Shown piece after piece: positions 19,759 to 29,261 of a stretch of DNA of 64,000 bases (the first letter of the stretch is position 1; the number at the start of each line of letters is the position of its first letter). The notes below the pieces were generated by a model. The model saw only the letters and a list, made by a program, of their open reading frames with translations, searched no databases and was not told the DNA's origin. This DNA is from an uncultured delta proteobacterium. GTDB taxonomy: Bacteria > Desulfobacterota > BSN033 > UBA1163. The stretch covers positions 736,001 through 800,000 of the forward strand of contig CAWHBU010000002.1 in the NCBI GenBank assembly GCA_963827685.1, read 5' to 3'. The translations under genes and the position numbers were made by a program.

Positions 19759-20952
19759 TCAAAATATTTCTCTCCATCGGGTTACTTTTAAAGGAGGGAT
19801 AATATCTCTTAATTTATTTGATACGGCACTGCAAGATATAATCCCTGCATTTCCATCAATGTCTACCTCCATCGTGGTGTTTTCTCCTGATATGATACCT
19901 CCTGTCACATTCTTTTCTCCACTCCCCGTAAAGCTTACCGCTCCGGTGGCCAAAATAACCCCATACCACGTAAACCCTCCATTAATCTCAAGATTCCCTT
20001 CGACAAGGAGAATGCCTGCTCCGTGGGAATCTCCAGCCAACTTTAATGTTTTGTCCCCATTCATATTGAAATAAACAATATTCATCGGTCCTGCGTATGT
20101 TATGGGGACAGTCGTACCACTACTGGTTGGTGTTCCCCAGCCATCAGAATACCCAGTTAATGTCTGATCTCCACTATAACTGTACTTGAAATTGGCATCG
20201 CCTTTTATATAATTTAGCATCTCCTTAATGGGCAGGTTAGTAGGGGGTGGATTACTTGTTAGGGTAACTTTAGGGGGTAAACCGTTTATGGAAGGACCAC
20301 CCGATTCCGTAATGGGTGAGGCGGTGGTGGTAATAATGCCAGGTTTATTATTCACTGACCCACAACCATCATTTCCATTTATATAAATTGAACTTCCATG
20401 AATATGAACAGGCACCTCGGAATAAAGAGCAGCAGGGGGATCATAATTAGGGCTTTTCTTTAGCTCAACTTCTAATACTTTACTTCCCCCATCTGCTGTA
20501 AACCCATAGCTCTTCAGTAAATATATTGGGGCCCCACCATATTTAACCACTTGATTCGCAGCATCTATTTTATGTTTTATTTCCACTCCAAAATCTAATT
20601 GATTTTGTAGACTCGGGATCGAATTTGGATCACTGGAGACATAACCTAATTGCGCTGCCCCCTTCCCTGGATATTTGGCAAGGAGAACTTTCCAGTTAGG
20701 GTTTGATGGGCCACTGTCAGGTATATGATCTGTTGCACTGTCCCTAAATCTGCCCATAAATTCGTTTATCCCCGCCTCCGCAACATAAAAGGCTTGTACA
20801 GATGCCCTTTCGTTGCCAGAAATGAGCACGTCATATGTGCTATCATTGAGAGCACTAATCCCAATAAGCGTTAGGATTAAGAGCAATAGCATCCCTAATA
20901 CTAAGGCAATCCCCTTTTCTTCTCTTAATCCTTTTACTTTCAATTTCCACAT
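19759..20952 (-). CDS. Long PilX-like minor pilin (set 2)
   Basis: EEKGIALVLGMLLLLILTLIG...ISGNER...AFYVAEAGI PilX N-terminus, plus a Gly-rich beta C-terminal region; likely ATG at 20952. Confidence 0.8.
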   Translation of the reverse strand: MWKLKVKGLREEKGIALVLGMLLLLILTLIGISALNDSTYDVLISGNERASVQAFYVAEAGINEFMGRFRDSATDHIPDSGPSNPNWKVLLAKYPGKGAAQLGYVSSDPNSIPSLQNQLDFGVEIKHKIDAANQVVKYGGAPIYLLKSYGFTADGGSKVLEVELKKSPNYDPPAALYSEVPVHIHGSSIYINGNDGCGSVNNKPGIITTTASPITESGGPSINGLPPKVTLTSNPPPTNLPIKEMLNYIKGDANFKYSYSGDQTLTGYSDGWGTPTSSGTTVPITYAGPMNIVYFNMNGDKTLKLAGDSHGAGILLVEGNLEINGGFTWYGVILATGAVSFTGSGEKNVTGGIISGENTTMEVDIDGNAGIISCSAVSNKLRDIIPPLKVTRWREIF

Positions 20953-20968
20953 CCCACGTATGAAATGG

Positions 20969-21766
20969 TTACAATCCCATGTTCCGCACTTTAATATTAG
21001 AGGATAATATCCTTCTTCGATATCCATTTCCTCCCTTGTAGTCAGGGTCTGGCATATTTGTTTTTACCGTGACTTTCACTCCAATCATTCGGATATCTGG
21101 TGGGTTCGCAGTGATATTTCCATCTGAATCAAAATAGGTGAATTGAAGACTTTCCATATTCTCGGCCAAAGGTTGGGCACCACCACCGGTATTCTCGTTC
21201 CTTCGGAGCGCGATTTTGCCACCACTGAGACCAAGGCTATAAGTGATCGCTTTGACTAAATAGACAGGCTCGTTGATGACATGGTCCTCTGATAAGGAAG
21301 TGGTCAAGGTAATTGTGTCTGTTATAACACCTTGGATTGAATAATTATTCAGACCATTAAGGCACAAGTATTTCTTTTTATCTGTGTTAAATATACTTGC
21401 ATTCGTCACTCTCAACTGATTAACGCCCTTTGTTATGGTTTGTTTTAATACGCCAACCTGATCCGCCAAGACGATGGTGATCGAGTTGTCCGCTGGCGTG
21501 ATGATGTCCGTAAATCCATTAATATTACCAAAAATAGCCAAAAAATTGCCTCCATACCCTGCCATCCTAATCTCTCTGGTCATTTGACCAATCGCGATCC
21601 TTACATTTTGCTGCATATCTACCACTTGATTCTGAACAGAATAGATTTTTTGTTGGCTTATAAATATTCGGTACAAAGCGGCAATCAGGATACTACTCAA
21701 TACCAAAGCAATGAGTAATTCTATGAGCGTTAACCCATTTTTCTTTCTGAAAGCACTCCAGCTCAT
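20969..21766 (-). CDS. pilW: PilW-like minor pilin (set 2)
   Basis: KNG/LTLIELLIAL cleavage motif, MQQNVR.A...M.REIRMAGY, terminal VRNMGL. Confidence 0.82.
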   Translation of the reverse strand: MSWSAFRKKNGLTLIELLIALVLSSILIAALYRIFISQQKIYSVQNQVVDMQQNVRIAIGQMTREIRMAGYGGNFLAIFGNINGFTDIITPADNSITIVLADQVGVLKQTITKGVNQLRVTNASIFNTDKKKYLCLNGLNNYSIQGVITDTITLTTSLSEDHVINEPVYLVKAITYSLGLSGGKIALRRNENTGGGAQPLAENMESLQFTYFDSDGNITANPPDIRMIGVKVTVKTNMPDPDYKGGNGYRRRILSSNIKVRNMGL

Positions 21767-22140
21767 TATTTTGACCTGATCGTTGAAAAAGAAATGCTGT
21801 GATTCCCTCGATCTCTCCATTGGACAGTAACGGTAATCGTCTTCATCGAATTTCCTGCATCTTCCACAATAGTATACTGCCTGGAGAAGATCGTACCTGA
21901 TATCGTGCCTTCATTGTGCTGTCCGCCACTTAGATTGGAATCCCTATAGGATAGATTTTTCAAATGCTCCAATTTGTCTTGAGCAAGAATAGTGGCCTGG
22001 GTGACATTGCTGCTAAAATAGCCACCCTTTGTTGAAGTGACTTGCATTGCGGCAATTCCGAGGAGGCCGATGGCCAAGATGATCAAGCCAGCGGCAACTT
22101 CGATTAGGGTAAAACCTTCTTCTTCCAAAAATCTAATCAA
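21766..22140 (-). CDS. pilV: PilV-like minor pilin (set 2)
   Basis: EEG/FTLIEV...LAIGLLGIAAMQ, A..LAQDKLE. Confidence 0.82.
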   Translation of the reverse strand: MIRFLEEEGFTLIEVAAGLIILAIGLLGIAAMQVTSTKGGYFSSNVTQATILAQDKLEHLKNLSYRDSNLSGGQHNEGTISGTIFSRQYTIVEDAGNSMKTITVTVQWRDRGNHSISFSTIRSK

Positions 22141-22585
22141 CTATTCTTACCCTTCCCGTAGCAGGAGTGAGAGTGATGCTTCTCTGGATTTTCTTTTTCT
22201 CATTTTGCAGTGCGACACTTCCACCAGACGATGTAGAATTAGGATTAAATACAGCTTGAGAAGCATCTCCGAAATCAGCATTAATAAATGTAATCCCTGT
22301 AGGTAAATTCTGCGTGGCCCCCTCGTTTACCCAGGCCCCTAAAGTTGTTTGATATTGCAATACGTAATTATTATTTGCGAGACTGAAATCAACACGGTAT
22401 CGTGTGTGGGTTGAAACCGCTCTCATCTGAGCCGTTCTCATGGTGGATACAATCTCTCTCGTTGCACTCCTCAAGCGGTAGTTCGGCAACCATGCACCGA
22501 TGTTAGGAGCCAGTAACACAGCCCCGATGGCAATGATAACGAACACAACAACTAATTCAATGAGTGTGACGCCTTTTTGATCCAT
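22133..22585 (-). CDS. FimT/FimU-like minor pilin (set 2)
   Basis: KG/VTLIELVVV, LRSATREIVSTMR.AQMRAVS, FNPNS, TGRVRI. Confidence 0.85.
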   Translation of the reverse strand: MDQKGVTLIELVVVFVIIAIGAVLLAPNIGAWLPNYRLRSATREIVSTMRTAQMRAVSTHTRYRVDFSLANNNYVLQYQTTLGAWVNEGATQNLPTGITFINADFGDASQAVFNPNSTSSGGSVALQNEKKKIQRSITLTPATGRVRIVD

Positions 22586-22689
22586 TTGTTTCTTGAGCCG
22601 GTGATACCCTACTGGAACAATTCTATTGGATTAAACACTTTTGTCAATAATATTTTTTGACTCTTTCCAGAATTCGCTGGTGGGAATGA

Positions 22690-22894
22690 GCGAAAAGTGA
22701 GCAAGATTAAAACGGGCAGGAAAGATGCCTTGGCCATCGCTCAATTCCTTTTGGTCCACCATAGCAAAGTTTCCCAGGTCTCTTATTTCCAGAACACTCA
22801 GGATCTCAAGGATGTTGCAAGAGAACGGGAATCTCTGGTAGGAATGATGGCTGGGTGGGAGAAGAACGTGAGGAGGCAGTTGAGGTATCGTTGA
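22690..22894 (+). mobile_element. IS110-family transposase remnant
   Basis: KIKTGRKDALAIAQFL...DLKDVARERESL matches the IS110 KTD..DA..IA...L..L.R.R..L segment; catalytic D replaced by G; no full ORF. Confidence 0.7.
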
Positions 22895-22956
22895 CTACTA
22901 ATCTTTAACGCAGAATACTCTCGGAAGTCACCAATTACGGATGGAAATACGCACGA

Positions 22957-22988
22957 AAGGGGCAGAGCGATTTATGACCCTGCCTTTG
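22957..22988 (-). terminator. Possible terminator after the small secreted protein gene
   Basis: Minus strand GGCAGGG...CTCTGCC hairpin followed by CCTTT. Confidence 0.35.
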
Positions 22989-23079
22989 TTCTGTGGCATT
23001 AAAATGTTATTTGCTCTTGAGACCTCTTTGGGAGCGGGCAAGCCGGGCCATGGAAAACCTGGCTATCACTCAAGCCCCA

Positions 23080-23328
23080 TCACTTCAACACACCAAGTTT
23101 TGTCACTATATTTCCGTCTATAGTGGCCTGAACCATATCTCCGACTTTGACATTGACCTGAGCCGCTTTATTGCTCAGTGAATATTCGGTTCCATTAATA
23201 GTAATCTTGTTCGCGGCTTTATTGAGTGCTTGAATTTTCCCTTCAACCTTGTCTTGGGCAAAGGAGGGTAAACTGATGGCCACCACCACTGCGAAAACCA
23301 AAAAAAATACCGGTAGCTTCTTCGTCAT
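23080..23328 (-). CDS. Small secreted OB-fold-like protein (DUF5666/DUF1344-like)
   Basis: AGGAGGTG RBS, signal peptide ending SFA, EGKIQAL...ITING...VKVGD.V. Confidence 0.6.
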   Translation of the reverse strand: MTKKLPVFFLVFAVVVAISLPSFAQDKVEGKIQALNKAANKITINGTEYSLSNKAAQVNVKVGDMVQATIDGNIVTKLGVLK

Positions 23329-23510
23329 CTTTATCACCTCCTTTCCCTTCATTTGGAGCATCCCTGCGTTTACAAAAAAGGGTACAACTGCATATTGGCG
23401 TCAGTAAAAGAGAATAGGAAGCTTCATTGATCCATAATGACCGAATCCATCGCCAATGGCCCCAAAATATAATTTCAACCAGGAAAGAACCGTTATCTCG
23501 ATAAATGAAT

Positions 23511-23960
23511 CTATTGAATTGTTACCTTTCCTGTTGCCGATCCGATACTGATTTTTCTTTGTGCTCCTTTCGTATTTAGTAAAGTGACATTTCCGCCGGC
23601 GGGAGTAAATGTGGAATCAGGGTTAAATATGGCTGTACCACCCGGCAACCCAGTGATATTAACCGTAATCCCAGAAGGAGCTGTCTGGACGGGGCCATCG
23701 TTAAAAACCAAACCTCCTGTAGTGTATCGAAGAACATAACTGTTTGTACCAACAGTGAAATCAACCAGGTATTGCCTTCCATTATTCGAGATGGCCTTCA
23801 TCTGGGCGCTTCTCATAGTTGAAACAACATCTCTTGTGGCACTCCTTAAACGGTAGTTCGGCAGCCATCCACCGATATTGGGAGCCAACAATAAAGCCCC
23901 AATTGCAATAATGACAAACACCACAACCAATTCAATTAATGTAACCCCTTTTTTATTCAT
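23511..23960 (-). CDS. FimT/FimU-like minor pilin (set 1)
   Basis: MNKKG/VTLIELVVV, LRSATRDVVSTMR.AQMKAIS; paralog of 22133-22585. Confidence 0.85.
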   Translation of the reverse strand: MNKKGVTLIELVVVFVIIAIGALLLAPNIGGWLPNYRLRSATRDVVSTMRSAQMKAISNNGRQYLVDFTVGTNSYVLRYTTGGLVFNDGPVQTAPSGITVNITGLPGGTAIFNPDSTFTPAGGNVTLLNTKGAQRKISIGSATGKVTIQ

Positions 23961-23986
23961 CTCTTTACCCCCACCAGTTTCCAATA

Positions 23987-24928
23987 TCATCTAAACTGAA
24001 TGTCTAAGGTATATCTTTGAAAACTCTTGGCCCCATCCCTATCGGAGGCTTCGATCTCTATGGATTGTGGTCCCTGATCCCCTTTCCGGATCTCCCACCG
24101 GAGTAAACCAGTGTCTTTATCGATGTCCATTCCTTTTGGTCCAGTTTTTAGAGCAAAAATAATAGGGTCGCCATCCGGATCCTCTGCTTTCACTTGATAA
24201 GTATAAATATTCCCGTTTAAGTTGGTCGGGGGAGAGGAGACAATGATAGGAGGGCTCTTTGCGATTAGAATTGCTTCTGATTTTTTAGGCTTACCAGATG
24301 CTTCTCCGTCGTTAGGAGTTACGGTCACAGTAATCGAGTCTCCCTTTCTAAATCGATTTGCTTCTAAAATGCCGGCGTCTTCTCCGGATAAAACGATGCC
24401 ATTCTTCTCCCATTTGTAGAGATAAGTAATCGAATCTCCATCCGGATCGGAACTTTTCACGACGGCCTTTAAATGACTATTTGCATAAGCTAACTTTGGT
24501 TCGATATAGACTTCCTCAACAACAGGTGGCATGTTAAGGATCTTTACTGGACCCGACAAAAAGGGCTCCCCGTCCACTTTCCCATCCGATGGAATGACCT
24601 TCACCCGAATGAGATCTCCCTTTTTAAAATTTCCACTTTTCAGACTTTGTCTATTTTCTCCTGAAATCTCATTATCGTTCTTGATCCATTGATAACGATA
24701 GGTCAAGGGATTTCCATCTGGGTTATGGCTCTGGATGAATAGACTTAATTCGCTCTCTTTATTTGGTTGATTGGGTGAAATGGTGATGGAAGTAATCACA
24801 GGGGGCGAATTGGTCTTAGATTGGATCTCCGTCCCCTGCTGTCCATCGCAGGAGATATTTATCCCCGGAAGAAAGAGAAGAAGAAAGATCAATGGCAAAG
24901 GGGAGATATTTATCTTCTTTAATAACAT
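23987..24928 (-). CDS. Putative lipoprotein with repeated Ig/cadherin-like domains
   Basis: Likely start MLLKKINIS... with lipobox-like NISC; repeats N.PP...DPDGD.ITY.Y.W.KN...KGD.I.V.V.P.DG. The ORF-track extension to 25198 runs through palindromic repeats. Confidence 0.72.
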   Translation of the reverse strand: MLLKKINISPLPLIFLLLFLPGINISCDGQQGTEIQSKTNSPPVITSITISPNQPNKESELSLFIQSHNPDGNPLTYRYQWIKNDNEISGENRQSLKSGNFKKGDLIRVKVIPSDGKVDGEPFLSGPVKILNMPPVVEEVYIEPKLAYANSHLKAVVKSSDPDGDSITYLYKWEKNGIVLSGEDAGILEANRFRKGDSITVTVTPNDGEASGKPKKSEAILIAKSPPIIVSSPPTNLNGNIYTYQVKAEDPDGDPIIFALKTGPKGMDIDKDTGLLRWEIRKGDQGPQSIEIEASDRDGAKSFQRYTLDIQFR

Positions 24929-24945
24929 ATCAAAGCAATTTTTCT

Positions 24946-25168
24946 TGACGGGTTCGTCACCCACGCCTGCGTGCCGAAACACGGCACTTCGGTGTGCAGG
25001 CACGAATCCCGCCAGTGGCGGGAAAAATCCCCAAGTATTATCCTCCCCCTTGATGGGGGAGGATTGGATTAAGGTGGGGGTGATCATGGTATATTCTCCC
25101 TCACCCCCACCCTCTCCCCTGCCTTCGCCGAAGCGGCTTCGCGCAGGCAGGCACCAGTGGAGAGGGGG
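24946..25168. repeat. Cluster of nested REP-like palindromes
   Basis: GCCTGCGTGCCGAA/TTCGGTGTGCAGGC; TCCCGCCA/TGGCGGGA; ATCCTCCCCC/GGGGGAGGAT; AAGGTGGGGGTGA/TCACCCCCACCCT; CCTGCC...GGCAGG inside CCTCTCC...GGAGAGG. Confidence 0.8.
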
Positions 25169-25230
25169 CAATCCGTTTATTTTCCGAGCCGATAGCAATC
25201 AATAAGCAATATGGAATTGACCCGATTATT

Positions 25231-28200
25231 TTAGAAAACGAGTCTCCAATCAAGTGGCCAGATAGCATTGGTCATTGTAAGCTGTGGTGAAAAAACGCCT
25301 CCGGCCACACCTCCGTATCCTGTTACCGTACCATTAATGACGGCGATGATAATCCCGGACGGGATGCCGGCCCCGACATTCATTGACCGGTCCGTCACCG
25401 AAATCGTTGAATTGTTGTCCAGGTCAAACATCGCATTTCCAGTCTGATATTGCATGACATAGACGTTTCCCGATCCTGTACCAAGCGAACAGTGAGTATT
25501 AAGGTTGGTAGGGGTGGGCGTAAAAGTGGTGTAATATACCGCTCCGCCCAAAACAACGGCCGCACCACTACACTTTTCACCAGGATTTGGGTTTTCACCA
25601 GCACTCTGGTTCAGTCGGATATACCACCCCATACTTGATCGCAAAGTACTAAGGGGGGTTCCATATGAAGTGACATCAGTCAAGCTACTTTCTGTTAATG
25701 CGGTGAGAGGATTCGGAAGAGTATCATAGTCCTTGATCGCATAGAGTTTGTTGACGCCAGAGGTAGTACCATTGGGCTTTTCTCGATCCCCGGTGCCAAA
25801 AAAGAGCATATCATAAGTTCCACTTCCTATATTATTTTCAAAAGTGACATCAGGAGGATATAATATCTTTCCGCTGCCTTTGAAGATGATCTCCCCTGTC
25901 CAACTGGCAGTATTGGTCATATCGCCAATATCGAATCTCCAAATCTCTCCCCCAACATCCCCGACATAGAGCCTTTCAATGAGACCTTCTCCATATCCAT
26001 ACTTGTCTAAGACATCTATCGGGGTAATATCACTGGGGATACAATATTTCATATTCGAATCATTACTATGTGAGTATTTCCAAACTTGGCTTCCATCCAT
26101 GATATCAACAACATAAATGGCCCTTCCAGATGTATCTGTTCCGGCTGGAGTTGTATCCTCAGCCGAGGTTGGCTGTGTATTATCATATCCGCCGCCGATA
26201 AAAGCCACCCATTTTATTTGGGTCCCATTCTTAATTTTCCCAAGTATCGGGGTGCTCCAACTTTGTCCCATCTCCGAATAAGGGAACTGACCACCGACGT
26301 TGAGATCAGGGCCGATATACCAAAGATATTGGGGGTGATACGGGTCAGTGACGTCAAGAGCATAGTAACGATTTCCTCCCCTTCTCTCCCCAAAGATGAG
26401 AATAGTTTGGGTCAGGCCGGTATTAGGATTCGTGCCGGTCCAAGCTTTTGGAGACCCATCAACAAAAAGTTGTACGGAAGTGTAGTTTTTATTAAAATTG
26501 TCCAACTTTGGCAATAAGTCAGGAGGGATAAACCCCCATAATTCAGTCCCGTCGTCGGAACCAACGCCATTGGTATCCTTGAAGGCATGAAGCATCCCAT
26601 CATTGGCTCCTGCGTAAATCACGTCATAACTTGCGTAATGGATCACCACAGGCCTTGAATGAATAAAGGCTCCCAGGATCCAGTCTCTTTTGGTACCAGG
26701 CCCAGTGCTCCAACTCCAGGGGTCCCATCCGTGGATAAAATCGATGACGTTGTCTCTCTCGGTGGTAGTGGTTACTCCTAATGTCGTCGTGCTTATCTTG
26801 CCTTGAGGATGATCGGGATATGTATTCGATAAACTGAAGGCGTTTGATGAATCCGTCAGATTCGTATTCGTTCCCATATACGTGTAGATATTTCTTGAGT
26901 CTGGATAGCTCGTTAAACTTGCTAAAAGGACTGCGCCTACCCCTCCTTTCTCGACTTCCCCTCCGTCAGCGGAGGTGCTCCAATAAGACTGGGCGGTCGA
27001 TAAAATTATACTCTCGTTGTGGGGAATAGCGAGGTTGCCATTCATATCAATCACATCGCCAACCTTTAATGTTGGAGTATCGGTTGATTGAATTCCATAT
27101 TTTTTGATATTTCCTTTCCACATCGTCGTGGTCGTCGGTTTAAACATTCCTAAATACATACGATTTTCGGAGCTGGTACTCTGAAATTGGCTGATTGGGA
27201 CCACAGGGGCCACATACGAAGTCGATTGTGCAAGAAGTGTGATGATAAAGTTTCGAATGTTCTTAATTGCATCGTCGAGTTGGCTTTCGTTCTGTGCAAT
27301 AAAGGCATATCCGGATATTCCATACTGTCCAGGGTCATTGGTATTAGCATAATAATATTCATATCCACCGACTAGTCCGCCATCAGTATTTGCAGAATCC
27401 ATACATTGTGTAACATTCAATGGGTAGATCTGGCCGAACGGTATGGAGTACGTCGCGGTTATGGATTGGGTCGCGTCAGTATTCCTTGTCCTTCCATAAT
27501 AGGCAGCCCAGTTGAGCGTATTTTGCAGGTAAGTAGGCATGGCTGAACCAAACCCTACAACAAAAACGTAATATCCTGCATTGGCCAGTGCCCTTGCCTG
27601 AGCAACTGTCTCTCTTCTTCCCTTATATTGAATGGTTTGGCCTTCTTGTCCATTATTACCACAGGCATACGTGTCATCTCCGTCTGTAATGAGAATCACA
27701 AACTTCTGACGGCAAGCTGCATCATCATCACCGTTCTTTGAATAATCAAGGTAGTATTTAGCCTCTTGCAGCGCCGCAGCAAGCGGGGTTCCTCCTGATG
27801 CACTCTCTCTGGCAACGCATGTACCGGAACCGGAACTTGTTGAGGTACAACTCGTGCTACTGTTACAATAAATTGTATTGTAGGAAGTATTAAAAGGATA
27901 GATAAGTGTATTACAGCCGCTGCTGTAACTGCTGGTGTTGGTTTCGGGATAGCCTGTAACCTCAGCAGAACTCGAACCGCAATTATAATACCTCATGTAT
28001 CCCATTCTGATCTTCAAATAAGTTTGGTCCTTTGAGTCAATGATTCCATCAGGAATTCCATTACCGCTTCCATCGTCTGTATCAAGAAAGTTGAAAACGG
28101 CCTTCTTTGCAAGAGCAAGCTTACTGCTGCTGCAATTCGTAGTATGCCCAGTTCCAGAGGATCGATAGTAAGGACCTAAGCATGTTGAGTCGCCCCATGT

Positions 28201-28701
28201 CGCATTATTTTGACCATTGTCACACGAACTTGTATGGGGGCTGGCATTTGTCGGATAATATGCAACATTATCTCCACAATTATTAGTCCAACTGGTGCAC
28301 GTTCCAGGATCATAGTATAGTGGTGAGGGGACATGACCAGTGCAGTCGTGATTATGCCCAGTTCCAGAGGATCGATAGAAAGGACCCGTGCATGATGAGT
28401 TACTCCATTTTGCACCACTATTCGAACACGAACTTGTATAAGGGGATGCGCTTGTCGGATAATATGCAACACTATCTCCACAGCTATGAGTCCAATGTGT
28501 GCACGTTCCAGGATCATAGTATAGACCGCCGCCCCAAGGTGGATCGTCCATGCTCCCTGATAAGTCAAGAAGGATCAAAGCGTCAGGGGGGACCTGTTGC
28601 ATGACCTGAGTAAGAATATAAAGATCCGTATCATCGGCAAAGGCATGGGAAAAAGAAATTAGAGAAATCAATAAAAGTGATAAATAGACTATTTTCTTCA
28701 T
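25231..28701 (-). CDS. pilY1: PilY1/PilC pilus tip adhesin with vWA-like domain
   Basis: Signal peptide, DLSGS MIDAS motif, GGTPL, ILITDG, YAGANDGMLHAF, ELWGFIPP, GQSWSTP, FFGTGDRE beta-propeller motifs. Confidence 0.92.
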   Translation of the reverse strand: MKKIVYLSLLLISLISFSHAFADDTDLYILTQVMQQVPPDALILLDLSGSMDDPPWGGGLYYDPGTCTHWTHSCGDSVAYYPTSASPYTSSCSNSGAKWSNSSCTGPFYRSSGTGHNHDCTGHVPSPLYYDPGTCTSWTNNCGDNVAYYPTNASPHTSSCDNGQNNATWGDSTCLGPYYRSSGTGHTTNCSSSKLALAKKAVFNFLDTDDGSGNGIPDGIIDSKDQTYLKIRMGYMRYYNCGSSSAEVTGYPETNTSSYSSGCNTLIYPFNTSYNTIYCNSSTSCTSTSSGSGTCVARESASGGTPLAAALQEAKYYLDYSKNGDDDAACRQKFVILITDGDDTYACGNNGQEGQTIQYKGRRETVAQARALANAGYYVFVVGFGSAMPTYLQNTLNWAAYYGRTRNTDATQSITATYSIPFGQIYPLNVTQCMDSANTDGGLVGGYEYYYANTNDPGQYGISGYAFIAQNESQLDDAIKNIRNFIITLLAQSTSYVAPVVPISQFQSTSSENRMYLGMFKPTTTTMWKGNIKKYGIQSTDTPTLKVGDVIDMNGNLAIPHNESIILSTAQSYWSTSADGGEVEKGGVGAVLLASLTSYPDSRNIYTYMGTNTNLTDSSNAFSLSNTYPDHPQGKISTTTLGVTTTTERDNVIDFIHGWDPWSWSTGPGTKRDWILGAFIHSRPVVIHYASYDVIYAGANDGMLHAFKDTNGVGSDDGTELWGFIPPDLLPKLDNFNKNYTSVQLFVDGSPKAWTGTNPNTGLTQTILIFGERRGGNRYYALDVTDPYHPQYLWYIGPDLNVGGQFPYSEMGQSWSTPILGKIKNGTQIKWVAFIGGGYDNTQPTSAEDTTPAGTDTSGRAIYVVDIMDGSQVWKYSHSNDSNMKYCIPSDITPIDVLDKYGYGEGLIERLYVGDVGGEIWRFDIGDMTNTASWTGEIIFKGSGKILYPPDVTFENNIGSGTYDMLFFGTGDREKPNGTTSGVNKLYAIKDYDTLPNPLTALTESSLTDVTSYGTPLSTLRSSMGWYIRLNQSAGENPNPGEKCSGAAVVLGGAVYYTTFTPTPTNLNTHCSLGTGSGNVYVMQYQTGNAMFDLDNNSTISVTDRSMNVGAGIPSGIIIAVINGTVTGYGGVAGGVFSPQLTMTNAIWPLDWRLVF
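28131..28524 (-). repeat. Two-copy Cys-rich tandem repeat within pilY1
   Basis: LYYDPGTC..W...CGD.VAYYPT.ASP.TSSC...W..S.C.GP.YRSSGTGH...C occurs twice; DNA TATGCCCAGTTCCAGAGGATCGATAG at 28143 and 28353. Confidence 0.88.
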
Positions 28702-28721
28702 TGTAATCTATCTCCTCCCTG

Positions 28722-29228
28722 CTATTGGACAGGCAACAGTCTCATGACATCTTCCATGAGCTCAGTTCTTGCTCCACAACCTGCTGTACCTTGCCCGGTA
28801 GATTGCACTTGATAATATGCATAACCAAGATTGACAGCAGAAAACCCGCCTCCTCTCGGCGGGCCTGATTGGTTCAGAAAAGCATCAATGTGTCCTGTAA
28901 CAGAAGGACAAGGAGGATAAGGCTGTGGAATACTCGCATCGCCAAAGGGGTTGTCATACCGAGACGTGGTATTCTGAACCAAAACATCATCATATTTGGT
29001 CAGGTCGAAGTTTGTGGAATAGGACGTGATTGCGTTGATTCCAGCATCCGCAGCATAAAATGCATCCGTTGCGCACCTCTTGTTTCCAGAGATTTTGATC
29101 TCAAAGATGGAGGTATAACTCGATGCAAGAGCGATCAGGGTGATGACAACCAACATGATGAGAGCAACGACCAGAGCAGCACCCGATTCTTTTTTTACAA
29201 TAGTATTCGTTTTTAAAGCCATATGCAC
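28722..29228 (-). CDS. pilX: PilX-like minor pilin (set 1)
   Basis: ESG/AALVVALIMLVVITLIA (no Glu5), ISGN...AFYAADAGI. Confidence 0.85.
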   Translation of the reverse strand: MHMALKTNTIVKKESGAALVVALIMLVVITLIALASSYTSIFEIKISGNKRCATDAFYAADAGINAITSYSTNFDLTKYDDVLVQNTTSRYDNPFGDASIPQPYPPCPSVTGHIDAFLNQSGPPRGGGFSAVNLGYAYYQVQSTGQGTAGCGARTELMEDVMRLLPVQ

Positions 29229-29261
29229 TCCCCTTCGTCCCTATTCTTTATTGCTCTTTGA

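Noticed and set aside
23362-23510. Possible decayed pilin N-terminus (YRDNGSFLVEIIF on the minus strand)
   Set aside because: Only weak resemblance to the G/FxLxE motif and no hydrophobic helix follows in frame.
24929-25205. N-terminal 90 aa of ORF 23987-25198 and antisense ORF 24771-25205
   Set aside because: They translate palindromic repeat DNA; a signal peptide begins at ATG 24928.
28131-28524. DGR template/variable repeat pair in pilY1
   Set aside because: Both copies are in-frame coding, and the differences include indels and are not confined to adenines.
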